This document shows positions 33,801-46,968 of a stretch of DNA of 64,000 nt, piece by piece. The DNA comes from Raillietiella orientalis (lineage: Eukaryota), in assembly GCA_036172245.1 (NCBI GenBank), contig JAYWIR010000035.1:2046001-2110000 (forward strand), written 5' to 3'. The notes below the pieces were generated by a model, which had not been told where the DNA came from, searched no databases, and saw only the letters and a program-made list of their open reading frames with translations. Within the stretch, counting starts at the first letter, position 1, and each line of letters starts with the position of its first letter. Position numbers and translations under genes: made by a program.

Positions 33801-36800
33801 GAGCACTCAGACAGCCCCAATGATGTTTGGATAGGTCCTTACAAGGCGAGGTAACTCTTCCAAGTTCCAGAATTCTCTTTAAAGCACAGTACTCAAAACA
33901 GATGAAATCATTCTTTGTGGAATGGCGGCTGAAGATGTTCCAGCATCCGATGAGAACATCTTACATCGGGAGCGAAAATTATTTTAGAACCCATCAGAAA
34001 TGAGAGTGGGAGAGGAAGAAAACAATGATTGTGATTTACAGTCTTTGATCTCCCTATATGACATCACAGAGAGAATAACGGTGTCACAGGTATAACTAAT
34101 TTAGCCGGTGTCCCAGATGGGATCTGGCTTCCGAAGCAAACAAAATGCACATCATGATACTAATACACAAACAACAAAATAGGCTCAAACGCAAATATCT
34201 GTCCCCGTACTCAATGGAAAAGACTGAGAATTAAGAACTTTCCCTGTACTATGACGAGCATTGAGTTTCTGAATAACTTGAGGTAACCGTTTTATAAGCG
34301 GAACTGCATCTAAGTTCCATAGAAACCTCTAAAGCACGAAGGTGCTCATTATCATTTTATTATCTTGTCCTTATTTTTTTAGACTTGCTTTGCTGGACTT
34401 TCAAACTGGAGGCAAAATTAAAGGAAATGGTTCAGGAGAAGATTCTTTTGCTGTTTTTGTAGAGGGCGGTTGAAAGCACACAGAAGATGGAAGGTTATGA
34501 GTTTGAAAAGAGAGATGGAATTCTTCATTGCGAGTGTTGGACCAGATGCTTGGAGAGAGCTATACCGTAATGGATAAACTTTCTGGGGTGCAGAAGCGAC
34601 TGCCGGAAAAAGGACCGCAGCTTGCGAAAGAAGCAGACAATAGAAACTGCAATTGGCAAGTACACTGCTAGAATATTTAGTTGCCAATATGTATTGTATT
34701 ACACACATATATTAATGATTGATGATAATATAACCAAATATCTTTATAGTACTCCTGACATTTCGTAAAATATTTGTAATTATATCTTAAAAGGAAAAGT
34801 TCCAGTAGCCCTTCGTGTGTGAATACAGTGGATGTTTGGAATATCCATAAATTTACAACATTCCAAAATGCAATAAGAGTTTATAATAACGCATTCGGAA
34901 TTCATTTCAGCAGAATTATTAAAATTAAACTGGCAAACGAGGTGTTGTTGAAGCTTTAAGTTATTATATGTTGCATTTCTATTAAGAGGACTGGGAGTTG
35001 CAACAAGCCCGCGATTGCAAATCACATAGCAATGTGACGGTTCGTAGGAAGGAACGGTGTGTGAATTGGGTACACATGGAGAAGGAATTGCACAGTGATC
35101 ACCGAGGTTACAGCAAACTCTTTCGAACGGCACTGCGTTAAGTGCTGGGTCATTACAAAAAGGAAGGGAATCGTTTTAGTGAGGACACAAACACGAATTC
35201 CTGTCTCATTTCTTTCCATTACAGACGCCGCAGCTGTGGAGCTAAAAGGGATAAAAGCACTGAGGAATTTCGGTGTTTTCCAGCAAACCCAAACAAGAGA
35301 TGGCAAATTAGCATCAGCGGACAAATGAGGTACCTTGACCATTTTTCGGAAGAGCAAGAACTTACTGATGGATTGCGGGATTGTGCAGATGGCTATAAAC
35401 CGTTTTGGGAAGTCCGTATGAGCTGGATCAGCAGGCTGGAGTGCACAGATGAAGAAATCGAACATCAGCACACTTCTTTCGTGGCTACCTGCTCAGATTA
35501 CCGAAGTTTGGGATCACAGAGAGCAAACTTGCTCCTCCATCCATCCAATTCCACCTATGCAGTGTGGCACTCGGATCATGAAGTGATCTTAGATGATTCT
35601 GAAGAAAATAAATGATTCAAAGTGGAAGGTGGCTCTGGGGAGAGAAGTCATCTGGACACCACTCCATCCCCGAAGGAGGTTCGTGAGGTCTGCTCCAGAA
35701 TTCTGGAACTGGAAACTCTAGTGTGATAGGGATCTGCTGATAATCTTGCAAGCTGCAACGAAAATACTGATGAGTGCAGTGATCAGCTCATACAATCAAG
35801 AGACAATTATTAGAAATAGCCCTTTAATCGCCTCGGTGATTTTCTTTGCTTGACCTCCATTTAAAGATTCGATCAGAAGCTTCAGAGTCAAGTATTAAAA
35901 AGAAACCGAAAAAAGAAAACTCCAGTCAAGACGATCATGATATGAAAACAAAAATCGATGAAAGATCCGGGATACCCGGAAAAGCAAAATATGGAGTGAA
36001 TGATGCGTTGTACAAAATTAGAAGCGGATTGCTCTGCATATCTAACCACGAGCGTGGTTCGAATAGATCAGTTTTCTGTTTCTAATTGATGTTGCAAAGC
36101 TGGAACGGAAGAGTAAAGGGCATTTTTTTCTGAAACCTAAATTAATACCTGAAATATCTAAACCGCTTTCAGATTTTCTTTCTCATATATTTGGTGATTG
36201 AAACTGTCCCACACAGTACCAATGAGGTTAGTTTTCTTCTGCACTGTCTTTTGCCTGATAACTTGTGCTTACATCGACCATAGACACGAACTTCTTTCTT
36301 ATAATCATTCAGAGATTTCAAGTATTTCTCAAGGGGAATTTTTAGTTTGCACACATAAACAGATTCAAGGTCATTCCTAAATGTTAGAAAAAGGAAATCA
36401 ATTTGACTACGGAGAGAGCATCATTAGGGCTCTCAACGAGCCTAGACATCTCGTTTTTTTGTTTTGTTTTTTCTTTTCCGAAGACAAAATTGCTTCCGTC
36501 ATTCCCATTAGGAGGAGTGAGTTTCGCTGTAAAAAATAATTTTCTATATCATTGAGGAGTATTTACTTGAGTTCAGCAAAGAAACAGTCAGCAGTTTTGC
36601 GAGGCGATGGGGAATTTCGAAGCACACGACAGCAAACTTATGAAGCATCGTCTTTACAAAGACCAGCATATGTAGAATGGCCAAGGCATAATCATTTAAG
36701 TCCACTTCAACAAATTCAACTTGCTTTAATGATAATGACAATTCAGATACACTGCAAATTCTTCAGATATACTGCAAAAAACTGTCGCTTGAAAACTGCT

Positions 36801-38306
36801 CAAAGACAGAACGACCTGCAATGTAAATGCATAGAATGGACACTCTTTCAGTGTTGCGGATCACAAAATAATTCATCTCCGAACCACTTGAAGCTAATGC
36901 CATTTTCTCTTGAACAAACATCCTTCTATCCTCGGCCTCACTTTCAGCTGGTCGTACGCTCCCATAATAAATAATGTGTAATCACTGTGTGTAAATAATG
37001 GCTAAGGAAATTCGGGGTGGAAGAAGTCCCCAAACTTTCAGTCATTTCGAAACGAACCACTGTTTGGGGCACAGTTTTATACCCTGAATCACTTTCTGAA
37101 TTAGATGAAATACCCAACATTTCAGAGAATAAATAAATCTCACTTTATAAGTTATAGCACAATCTCTCTTTCTTATTTTGAAAAAATGACATCCATTCTT
37201 GACATATTTAGACAGTACTTTGTAAGTATTGAGTATTTGTGAATTTGGATTATTTTTTGTAACTAATGGTAATTTAGGAATTCAAGTAAATTTGTTCATA
37301 TGCGGTTCTTATGCATGAAAGATTTCCGTGGAAGTTCCTTCAATGTTTCTCTTTTTGTTTTTTTCCCTTCATGATTAGCATTTCCTTCAATTGAGTTTGA
37401 TGTGATTTTATAACATGGAACTGTTATTTTTTAAAAAAAGGAAAAACTTCATACACATCCAACTGATTTTTTGAAGTAGCAAATCTACTTAAATCTTTCA
37501 AAACTGCCTTGCTTTCGTGTATTAAATATGTATAAAGAATTCTGTTGATAGAATGAAATAAACGAACAATACCTTACAAATTCATTTCATGTATTGCATG
37601 AAACTAATATTAAATGCAGACTAAAACTACAGTGCTTATATTCTTAATAATAAGAAAGTGATTTCATCGTGACACACATGTATATGAAATAAGATGCTGT
37701 TTCTTTTGATAGACTACAGCCCCCATTTCTAATCTCAGCATTATTTGTGTTGTTCTTCTCTTTATACAATTTCATACATATGTATAGGTCCTTTTGAGAA
37801 ACCTAGCTTGCCTGGAATCAATGTATGCTTTCTCTTTTACGAAAGAGATCTAGAGCTCTAAGCATGAAGAAAATATAGCCAAACGGAATGAATTTCGAAA
37901 GAGATTTCAATAGCTCATAATCTTCCAGAGCGTAACATGTGTAATAGTTCTTACCTTTCTTGAAAAGTTAATTCACTTTATCACGTAATTATATTGGGTT
38001 CATTTTGTCCATCAACTGGATGCATAGATTTCAAGTGGCAATCCTTCTTTCTTTGTTGTTTTTGCCTAGGCCTAACTTTCAAACGCACCATAGAATGGCA
38101 TTCCTGCAGCGCATGCTTCAATTATTTCCAGCTGAGGTTTTGCCAGTGGGGTGGAAGTCTAGGCAGCCAAGCAGTTCCTCCGTATGTTTGCCTGCATCTA
38201 AACGTACTTTTTTGTTAGGGATGAACTTGCGAAATCACTAAGTTTTTTTCCTTTTAAACACGTTTGACCCACTTTAAGCTACGCAGCAATTCTCTGGTAA
38301 ACTAAG

Positions 38307-39551
38307 ATGTCAATTTTCTTACATAAGTCAGCAGCCGGTGTGAGTAATTCATTATGCTAATTTTGATTGGTTTCGATAATTGATAATTCCATATATCGTC
38401 GCTTTAAAATTTTATCGAGTTTAAATGCTTTTTGTATACTTAGTTTCGTAAGTTCTCCACTGCCATCCAAAAGGTCACCCTCATTCCTGGGGATGGAATT
38501 GGTCCGGAAATAGCTGCAGCTGTACAACAGATTTTTAGGCAGGCTAAGGTTAGCAGTTTCCTAGTAAGAAGATAAGACCTGGTGTCCTTTAGGCACCAAT
38601 AGAATGGGAAGAAGTGGATGTTACTCCTGTGAGATTATCAGATGGCTCCTTTGGTGTACCACAAGCTGTTGTTGAGTCCATGAATGCAAACAAGGTAGGT
38701 CTTAAAGGACCTTTAGCAACTCCTGTTGGAAAAGGACATCGTTCACTCAACTTGGCACTCCGCAAGTAATCACTACTTCCTCCATGAATCCATGTACTTT
38801 GTGTTTCAGAGAATTCAATTTGTTTGCAAATGTGAGACCCTGTCAGTCTCTGCAAGGATGCCAAACATTATACAAGGATGTGAATTTGGTCACTATAAGA
38901 GAGAATACTGAAGGAGAATACAGTGGGATTGAACATCTGATTGTGGATGGTGTAGTGCAGAGCATTAAACTAGTAACAGAAACAGCATCACATCGTGTAG
39001 CAGAGTTTGCATTCCAGTATGCACGTGCAGCTGGACGCAAACAAGTGATGGCTGTACATAAGGCCAACATAATGCGCATGTCAGATGGTTTATTTCTACG
39101 CTGCTGTCGAGAAGTGGCTGATACATATCCAGATGTGGAACTGGAGGAACGCTATCTAGATACAGCCTGCCTTGGATTGGTGCAGGAGCCATCACGATTT
39201 GATGTTTTGGTTATGCCGAATTTATATGGAGACATTCTATCAGATCTGTGTGCTGGACTGGTAGGAGGCCTAGGACTCACACCTAGTGGCAACATTGGCA
39301 CTGATGCAGCCCTGTTTGAAAGTGTCCATGGCACTGCTCCTGATATAGCAGGCAAAGATCTTGCAAATCCAACTGCCCTGCTGCTATCAGCTGTCATGAT
39401 GCTAGAATATTTGGGACTGAATAATTATGCCACTCGTATCCGGGATGCCTGCCTATCTGTGTTAAATGAGGGCAAAATACGTACTCGAGATTTAGGTGGT
39501 ACAGCCACTTGCTCCGAGTACACTAAAGAGATCTGTGACCGACTGAATTGA
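38307..39551 (+). CDS. IDH3A: Mitochondrial NAD-dependent isocitrate dehydrogenase subunit alpha, ~350 aa, 4 exons
   Basis: Exons 38307-38339, 38444-38548, 38593-38765 and 38810-39551, joined by phase-compatible GT-AG introns of 104, 44 and 44 nt. Motifs include [69 protein letters not shown] and [17 protein letters not shown]. Exon 1 is the least certain. Confidence 0.95.
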
Positions 39552-39791
39552 GGAAATAGACTGTCAAACTATATTGGGCCTTGGTTAAGGATCAACCACA
39601 ACTTGTTTTTTGCTGAGCTGCACAAGGGATGACTTCCGGTGTGGATGTGGAACACATTCCGGGGTGGGAATGGCCTCGCCTGTTGGCTGTGCCAGGAGAG
39701 ATGTAGGCAATCTGCTTTTCTGTTTTGCCATCTGGTAATCACCCGAATCAAAGTACTTTTGCTAAAAGTAGATGAAATCAGGACTTAGCCC

Positions 39792-39797
39792 AATAAA
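39792..39797 (+). promoter_or_regulatory. Candidate polyadenylation signal for IDH3A
   Basis: AATAAA ~240 nt downstream of the stop codon. Confidence 0.4.
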
Positions 39798-40980
39798 AAA
39801 TACTGCTTACTCCTTTGGCTAATCTTCTTTGCAAAAATGCTGAAGTGCCAGGAGGGCGGCCAGGAAATTTTCTTTGAAGTTCTTCTTGTGACTGCATTAA
39901 ATTCCTCTGTGAAGTGGTCAAACTCTAGAAACAGAATGTTATACTTGCACTTTCAATCTAGACACAACATTCACATGCCATTCCTGCACAAAACACAAAT
40001 GCTGTCAGAATAATACAATACACATCCCTCATGGCATACTTTTGCTGCAGTTTGGCATCCCTGTGTGGCCATTTGCGTTTGGTGGGCTAATTACTCCCAA
40101 AGAACGTTCGACATACCCCAAAGATTGTGTATATCAATCAGAACTGTCCATTCAAAAACAAAAAAAAAAAAATTCACAATACTTCTGTTTACTATAACAA
40201 GTCTTCCATCAACAGATTTAATGTAATACAAATGAATCAAAATGGATGCAGACAATTGAATCCGTTTTCAAATATTGGCTACATAACAAACCATTTGAAA
40301 ATTATCCTATTCCAACAAAGAAATCAAGAGTTCATGCGATTGCTTAAGAATGCTTGATACGTGAATACCTACAGGCAAACGTTAGAAACAAGCAAGCTTT
40401 CACTTTGAAAATCAATTTCTAAATCAGTCTCAAATAGACCAGAACCGTCGGTACTGTAAATCAGTACAAACAAAGCAGCAGCATTACAGCATTATTAATA
40501 ACGTTATTACGCTTCTTTAAAATGACTGATTCCATTGGAAAATACGCAGGTGTGAACGCATCCGAACAGGGCAATGCAAAACGTGTTCGAAAAAACGGAA
40601 CATCGGCTCGCAAAATATTTCCCATAACGGTAAACTGGCGTACGTTAGGCTCGACAGTTTTTCAATGCAAGCCACTCGTTCATCTGCTGGGAAACTTTAA
40701 AAACCTCTAAAATAGCGCGACATGCAAACTAACTGCCAAATTCACAAATTGCTTCGTATTGTAATTCGTGCCTGCATCTTTGGTAATTCGGAAGTGCTGC
40801 TCGCTTGCATGCAAGCCAAAAACCCAGTACGCGACGGACACCACACGCTGTTTCATGGCAACGTTAAATCAATTTTCCTCATAGCCATCTGCTGAGGAAG
40901 GGGAAGGAGTCACGGAAAAGACGGATTTTTTTTCCCCCGCCCCCCTTCCCCCCCACCCCCACTGCATCAGGAGAACTTAC

Positions 40981-41070
40981 TTGTTGTTCCGAAGCACCCG
41001 ATTGTGGTTCCTCGGGGCAACCATGACCACCCCCGCTGTCCGTCGTCACGTCTCCTCCGTCTGATGACAT
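40981..41070 (-). CDS. Candidate first coding exon of an unidentified gene
   Basis: aaacATG context, 30 open codons (MSSDGGDVTTDSGGGHGCPEEPQSGASEQQ) and a consensus gtaagt donor at 40980. A CpG-rich region lies upstream (41100-41330). No downstream exon identified. Confidence 0.3.
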
Positions 41071-41386
41071 GTTTAATTTCACTCTCAACCGTACATCGTG
41101 GTGGGAACACGAACTGCAACTGCACGGTCCCTTTTTCCGCCCGACGTTTCCGGGAATTCTGTGCACCAGGGTTCCGAGCAGGATTTTTCAAACCTGGGCC
41201 TGCTGCACGCCGTTGCCGTCCGCGTTCGTAGACGGGCGTTGCTGCTGGCTGTTGGCTCCTTTCGCAAGTTCGACAAAAAAGCTTTTGATTCGCACAGCCC
41301 GAGTCCGGCTGCGGGGTTGCACCTCGAAAATACACGAAAAATGGGATAACCGTTTTCCGTCGGGAAAGATTTACCAGGAAACTCGT

Positions 41387-41444
41387 GGGGGGAGGGGGGG
41401 GGGGAGAAAAAAAAAAAAAAGAAAAACACACACACACACACACA
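41387..41444. repeat. Compound G-run / A-run / (CA)n tract
   Basis: Directly visible. Confidence 0.9.
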
Positions 41445-44400
41445 CGCACTCTTGCACATTTTGCACATGCACCAGAAATAGTCAGCATGTTCTGACCTAT
41501 TTTGAAGACCCATCCGAAAATTCAACGATTCAGTCCACGTGGGACTTTCAAGGATCACTACGGGGTAAAATTCGGGGAGAGAGGAGTTCATTCGATATGC
41601 TACTCTCAAAAAAAAGGATGAAGCAATAGGATTCGAAAAAAGATTCCGTTTTCCAATGTGTGAGCGTGTACAATCAATCGAGTCCACGATAGCGCTGGTG
41701 CAAGTCAGGAAAAGGTCCTTTCCAATTTTCAAACCTTAACGTTTGATTACTCCAAAAAAAGGAATACACATTAAGATCGGAATGAAAAACCAGGCCTAAT
41801 TATTTCTCTTCGCGTTCTTAGAACACACAATCTAATTTGCAGGTACCGACCAACTTTTGACTTGTGGGTGGCCATAAGAAGGCTGAGTTCCTTATCGCCG
41901 AAATAGGAGTTCCACATTTAATGAGCTGTGCCAACGTGACAAAAGCTAGGAATGTACTTCTAATGGGAAAGACAGACATATCGAACACGAGCAAGTATGT
42001 AAAAAAAAAAAAAAAAAGGGGGCGAAAGAAAGAAACAAAATCAATTCCAAGCTACTTCTTGATAAAGAATCAGCTTTTTGGCTAACTGTTCAAGAGACTG
42101 GATGAAATCCCTGATGTCGGCATTGCCAAACTCCTCAGAACAAAAGCGACCTTTCCTGCTTCAAAGAATCAATTTGAGGTGAAAGAATTCTCCTTCTCCT
42201 GGATGTAATCAACAAGAAAGGACACCTCCAATGATCTGACAACAGTCCACAACTTCAAATGCATTTGCCTTGTGGGTTGCTGCTGGAAGTTTAAAACATT
42301 TGAGATGATTTTGTCTACGATGAACCTTTTTCTGTCGAGACTTTTGTTCAACAAACTCTAAAAGCCTGACTCATCCATGATCTGTAGGTGAAAAAAAACA
42401 AAAAAAAATTTTTCCCTAGAGAACTTTCATTCTCGGATTTTTCTCGAATACTGACGAGCATAGATATGGATTTGTGGGATTTACAAACGTTTTTCGAAAC
42501 CCTTATTGTAATATGCCATGTGCTCATTTACACGATTCTTGATAGATAGCAAGATCATTTTTTGAATGTGTCAACCCAGATTTGCCAAAAAATTTCAACA
42601 AATTTTAAATATGGGATAAATTTTGCTGTTGGTTCGACGACACATGCATTATATCTTTGAGGTGTGCACATTAACAGTTGATAACTGCATGAGTAATTTG
42701 CCACGGCATGCACAAATGCTTTTGAAAATCATGTTTTCATTAATGACTCGTGAGCCTTCTGGTCCATTTCGTTGATGACCTACCAAAAAAAACAGGGTAT
42801 CCAAGGGAAAAACAAACAATCATAGGATCCGACTCGATTTCAATAATTTTTTTTCCACGTAGACATTGGAAAAAAGCTGAGGGTTCTGGGAGGGGAATGG
42901 TCCGAACTGCAGTTTCAATCTTGTGCACGAAGTTTTGTCATCTGGATACCGTTCAGAACGAATCTGCGTGGAAAAATTCCTTCCATTTAATATAATTTAT
43001 GATTCATCTTCACTTATGGAATCGAACTTAAATCTCGTGGTTTCTTCAAAACAGAAAACTGGAAACAGCCTCAAACATGCAAACCACACAATGAGGCAAA
43101 AATGGATGCATTCTCTACTGAGAAAACCTACGATGTAAATCAGCTCGAAATTATGAAGTAATCGAGAATAAGGAAAGATCGCTGTGCGTACCAATCTCTT
43201 CACTGTTGATGGCACGGTGAAGCTCAAAAATACAGCAAATTCTATTTCTTATACACTTCGAATCCAAACGGAATTCGATTTTCAAGCCAAGAGCAATTTC
43301 ATGCACTTCACACAGTGAGGCGATTCGATTCAAGCAAATATGTGTTTTGCATGGGTGTTCGTGCTGGAGCTGAACACTCCTCTCCAAGTTACCCCCGCGA
43401 CTTGGGCAGCATGAGGTGTTCACTGATTTCACATGTTAAAGCACCTTTTGTGCCCATACGAAATCATCGCCTCATACAAAGCCGTTGTCTCATTGCTTAA
43501 GGAAACGTAAGGCACAACTGTTAACGGTTCTGCAATCTTATGCTGCAGGGAGACAAGGCTAATAGGAAAAGTACTGCAGAAGAGATCTCGGAACCAGGAA
43601 AGAGATGATTCAGGGAAACTTTCATCATGGCATAAAAGGCGAACAAAAGGACCGAATCGTGAGCAGCGCGTATAAGAATCTCCTTGTTTGAGAAGCAGCC
43701 TTCTAGAAGTTTTCTCCTATCCAACGCATGAGAGTAAACCCCTTCGTTCCCAGTGCTGTGCGCTATTTCTAAGGGGATTTCATTTAGAAGCACTGCTTCC
43801 CGTTGTCTAATCACATGAAGGCTTGAAGAATGTTGCAATCCTTCAGCTGTTTGGGACAGGATTTTACGAGAAATCAGGCTGGAACACGGAAAACGAATAC
43901 TAGGTTGGAGGCGGATGTCCTGTTTTCCTCTAGAAAACTTCAAAGTTCAGGAGTTTTCGAAACACTCTGGAGGAGGGATCTTGCTCGGAGAAGTCGATTC
44001 TTTTTGAAACAATCAGTCGTCGAAAATGCATAGAGCTCCACATGTTCGGTTCTCGAATCTTTTATGGAGAATGGAAATGGAAAGACGTCGCTCGCAGAAG
44101 GGTAAGTTGAATTATATTCCAAGAAAATCAGACGCAGGAAGAAGAAAACACCATCCGACAAGAGGGTAAACGTGCTTTAAAGTGATGCAGTTATTCACTC
44201 CCTGTTTATGCTAGTGGGTCCTTCCACCCTTAACACTGCAATGCGAGCGACTTTTCTGCTGTTCTTAAGATCTCCGTTGTGCCATCCTATAGCTTGATCG
44301 ATCTTACAGATGTGAGTGGCAATTCGGCATTTGGGCTAAATGATTTCATTGCACAGGATGCGGATATCAAACAACTTGATATAAATCCCTGTTTTCAACA

Positions 44401-46514
44401 GATCAATCTGAGCAATTAATGACGGGGAATGCAGGCGGATACTTGAGTTTACGTTTGCACAGGCCGTGCTGCTTTTGCGAACACGACAGTGTTGCCATAT
44501 TTGAGGAGCGAGCCATGCTATAAGTGATATGGGAAATCATTGCCTACATTTGCGTGGTATAAAAGACAAAGTACTTCCACAGATACCTACAGCCGCTCAA
44601 TAAAGTCTGTGAAGGGTCGCAAGTCACCTAAGATAAAATAAAAGTGTTTCAGCGCATGAAGACATAACTAACGGTTCTCGTTCAAGGACTGCGTGAATGC
44701 TTTAGGAACAGATGCGATGATAAATATTAGGAGGAACGATGACTAAGAAACGCGAGTATCAGTCGGTGGTTTGGATTCCTGTTCAATCTGGAGACAGTCC
44801 GCTCTATGGCGAAAATGGAAGAGTAGACCTGAGAAAACAAGAACCAATGAATTACTCGCTCGAAGCTTCTGTGATTTGGGAACCCTGCTCGCAACAACTT
44901 GCACAATATCGGTTCTGCTTCCCTTCCTGCCATTCCTTGCATTTCTTTCCTCATATCATCATCCTTCGGAATTTTGTTTTTCAGAATGCGGGGTGAGCTC
45001 AGTCCCCTGCAATCTTTCGGAAACCAACCGGAGCTGTATCTGAGGATGGCAGAGAAGTTCGTTTCGCCTATTTTGAGGAAGGAAATGAGAAATACCCGCA
45101 CTGCACAAAATCAGCATTGCGATGAGGGGTTCTGATTGTCGGTTCTAGCTGATTGGCATCTCCAGCTACGTTTAACGCCTCGTTTTCATTTTATTCACTT
45201 CACCTTCCTTCACTTACTATGGACCACTCTGAAGTGAACATTCCAACGGTTGACTAAGCGGCTGTCCGCCTTGTTCTTTTAATGTAAACATGTAAACAGC
45301 CAAATGAGGAATTTCAAACTGTTGCCTAGATACTGAAAATTGAAAGCAGCTGTCAGCATTGGACAGCAGAAATCAATAAACTGATGAGCGATGCGGCCTG
45401 CAACCCTGAAGCTTCTACGGGTTTCTATTTGATGTAAGCGGCTAAGGTTTTTGCACTTCCGTGTTCCTCTTGATGCCATCGGCTCGAACACCAGTTCGTT
45501 TTTCTTTTTTTTTCTTAGCATATCCAGTACCTGTGCTTCGACGGTTCTTATAGAATCAAACGTCACTTCCAGTATTCCAAAGTTCCACTAGCAGTGGGGT
45601 AGTTTATTTCACAGACATACCCAAGGCAAATGAGAATTCCCTTTTTACTCCAGTTCTCCTCTGTTTGAGTATTTTTCATGGGGGGTATGCTTCCTCTTCC
45701 CTAAGTTGGTGTCTGCTTGGATGCTTTCATCGCTCTCCATGTCAGACAGTTTTTTTCTTTTTGTTCTTCATCTGCCTGGCCTTCCACTCCACGTGTCTGC
45801 TTAATGCGCAACGCAGCAACTCTTGAATACTCCTTTTTTTTCCCATAATTGTTCAACGAGACGCTGCACGTTCCTCCTGCTCTACACCCAGAGTTCACTC
45901 AACGTGGTTTCCAGAGACGATTTTACGTATTTTCAGTGACAGCATGGTCTTCCTGTTTCTCTTCCGGCTCGTTTCTCTCATTCTCGGCTTCTCGGAGTTC
46001 GAGGTTGACGCGTCTGCTCCCTGCCCCGTTTCTTCTTCTGGCCACACGAATGCCCGAGGCCTGTTGTTGGATTTCTGCAGGCTTACCGACCCTCCCTGCG
46101 GTGGAAGCCAGTCCTCGCGTTTCCGTCATTCCCGCTCGGCGTGTCCACACCTCCCTGCACAAGCAGCACGAGCCCCAGAGGCTCGGCAAGCCGAATGTCC
46201 TTGTTGCCCGCATCGGTAGCGCGTGCCTCTTGGGGCACGAGGCCGCCCGGTGGCCGAGCGTCATGCGATCCCGACGAAAGTCGGGGTGCTCCCGGTCGGG
46301 CACTTGCACGAGCGGCGACTCTTCGTCAGCGACGGCAAGTCCGGGAATTCCTGAAGCCCAGCTTTCGCCTTGGAGTGCCTCTCCCGGAAAGATGCTGGCG
46401 GGGGGCAGGGGACGTTGCCGCCACTTTGCGCAGTCCGCCCTACTGTGCAAAGCACTTCGAGGCGGTCTTCAGGAACGTGCCGAGGAGTGCAGATGTGAGG
46501 CAGTTAAGGCTGCC

Positions 46515-46968
46515 TATTGATCCGATTCGATAAGATGCCGTCTGCATCGGAAAAGGCACCCATTATGATGGTGCCTGATTTCGACGCGGGCTTCAGCCAG
46601 AACGTTGCAAGCTGCGTGAATGGAGATGTCCGACGGCTTGTCCGTTCACGTACAAAAGAAAAGATGGACTTCGCTTTTGCAAAATCCGTAATCCACTTGA
46701 AAGTGGTAGAACGAATTATAGATGTTTCCCAGCCCACTGTTGCGAATGGAAACCGTGTTGGAAACCGTTGGCTTGAGCGGAAGGTGGAGTTCCAACAACA
46801 TCCACTGGTTTTGCTGAGGTTTGGACCGTGTAGATGTAAGACGGTTATGACCCCTTATTGATCCCTTTCAATAAGATACCGCCCGCATCGAAGGAAGCAT
46901 TCATGATGGTTTCTGTTTTCGAAGCAGGCGTCGACCAAGGAGTTGCAGCCTGCGTGAGTGGAAAGATC
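46515..46968. repeat. Diverged direct duplication of ~115 bp, ~341 bp apart
   Basis: 46515-46630 vs 46856-46968 (tattgatcc..ttc.ataagat.ccg...gcatcg...atgatggt...gttgca...tgcgtga.tgga). Confidence 0.8.

Noticed and set aside
34510..36640. Death-domain-like phrases (IASVGPDAWRELYR; SSFARRWGISK)
   Set aside because: Too short and interrupted by stops to support by eye.
44064..44100. Walker A-like ENGNGKTSLA before a gtaag donor
   Set aside because: The first Gly requires a frameshift, the upstream frame has stops, and no Walker B or continuing exon was found.
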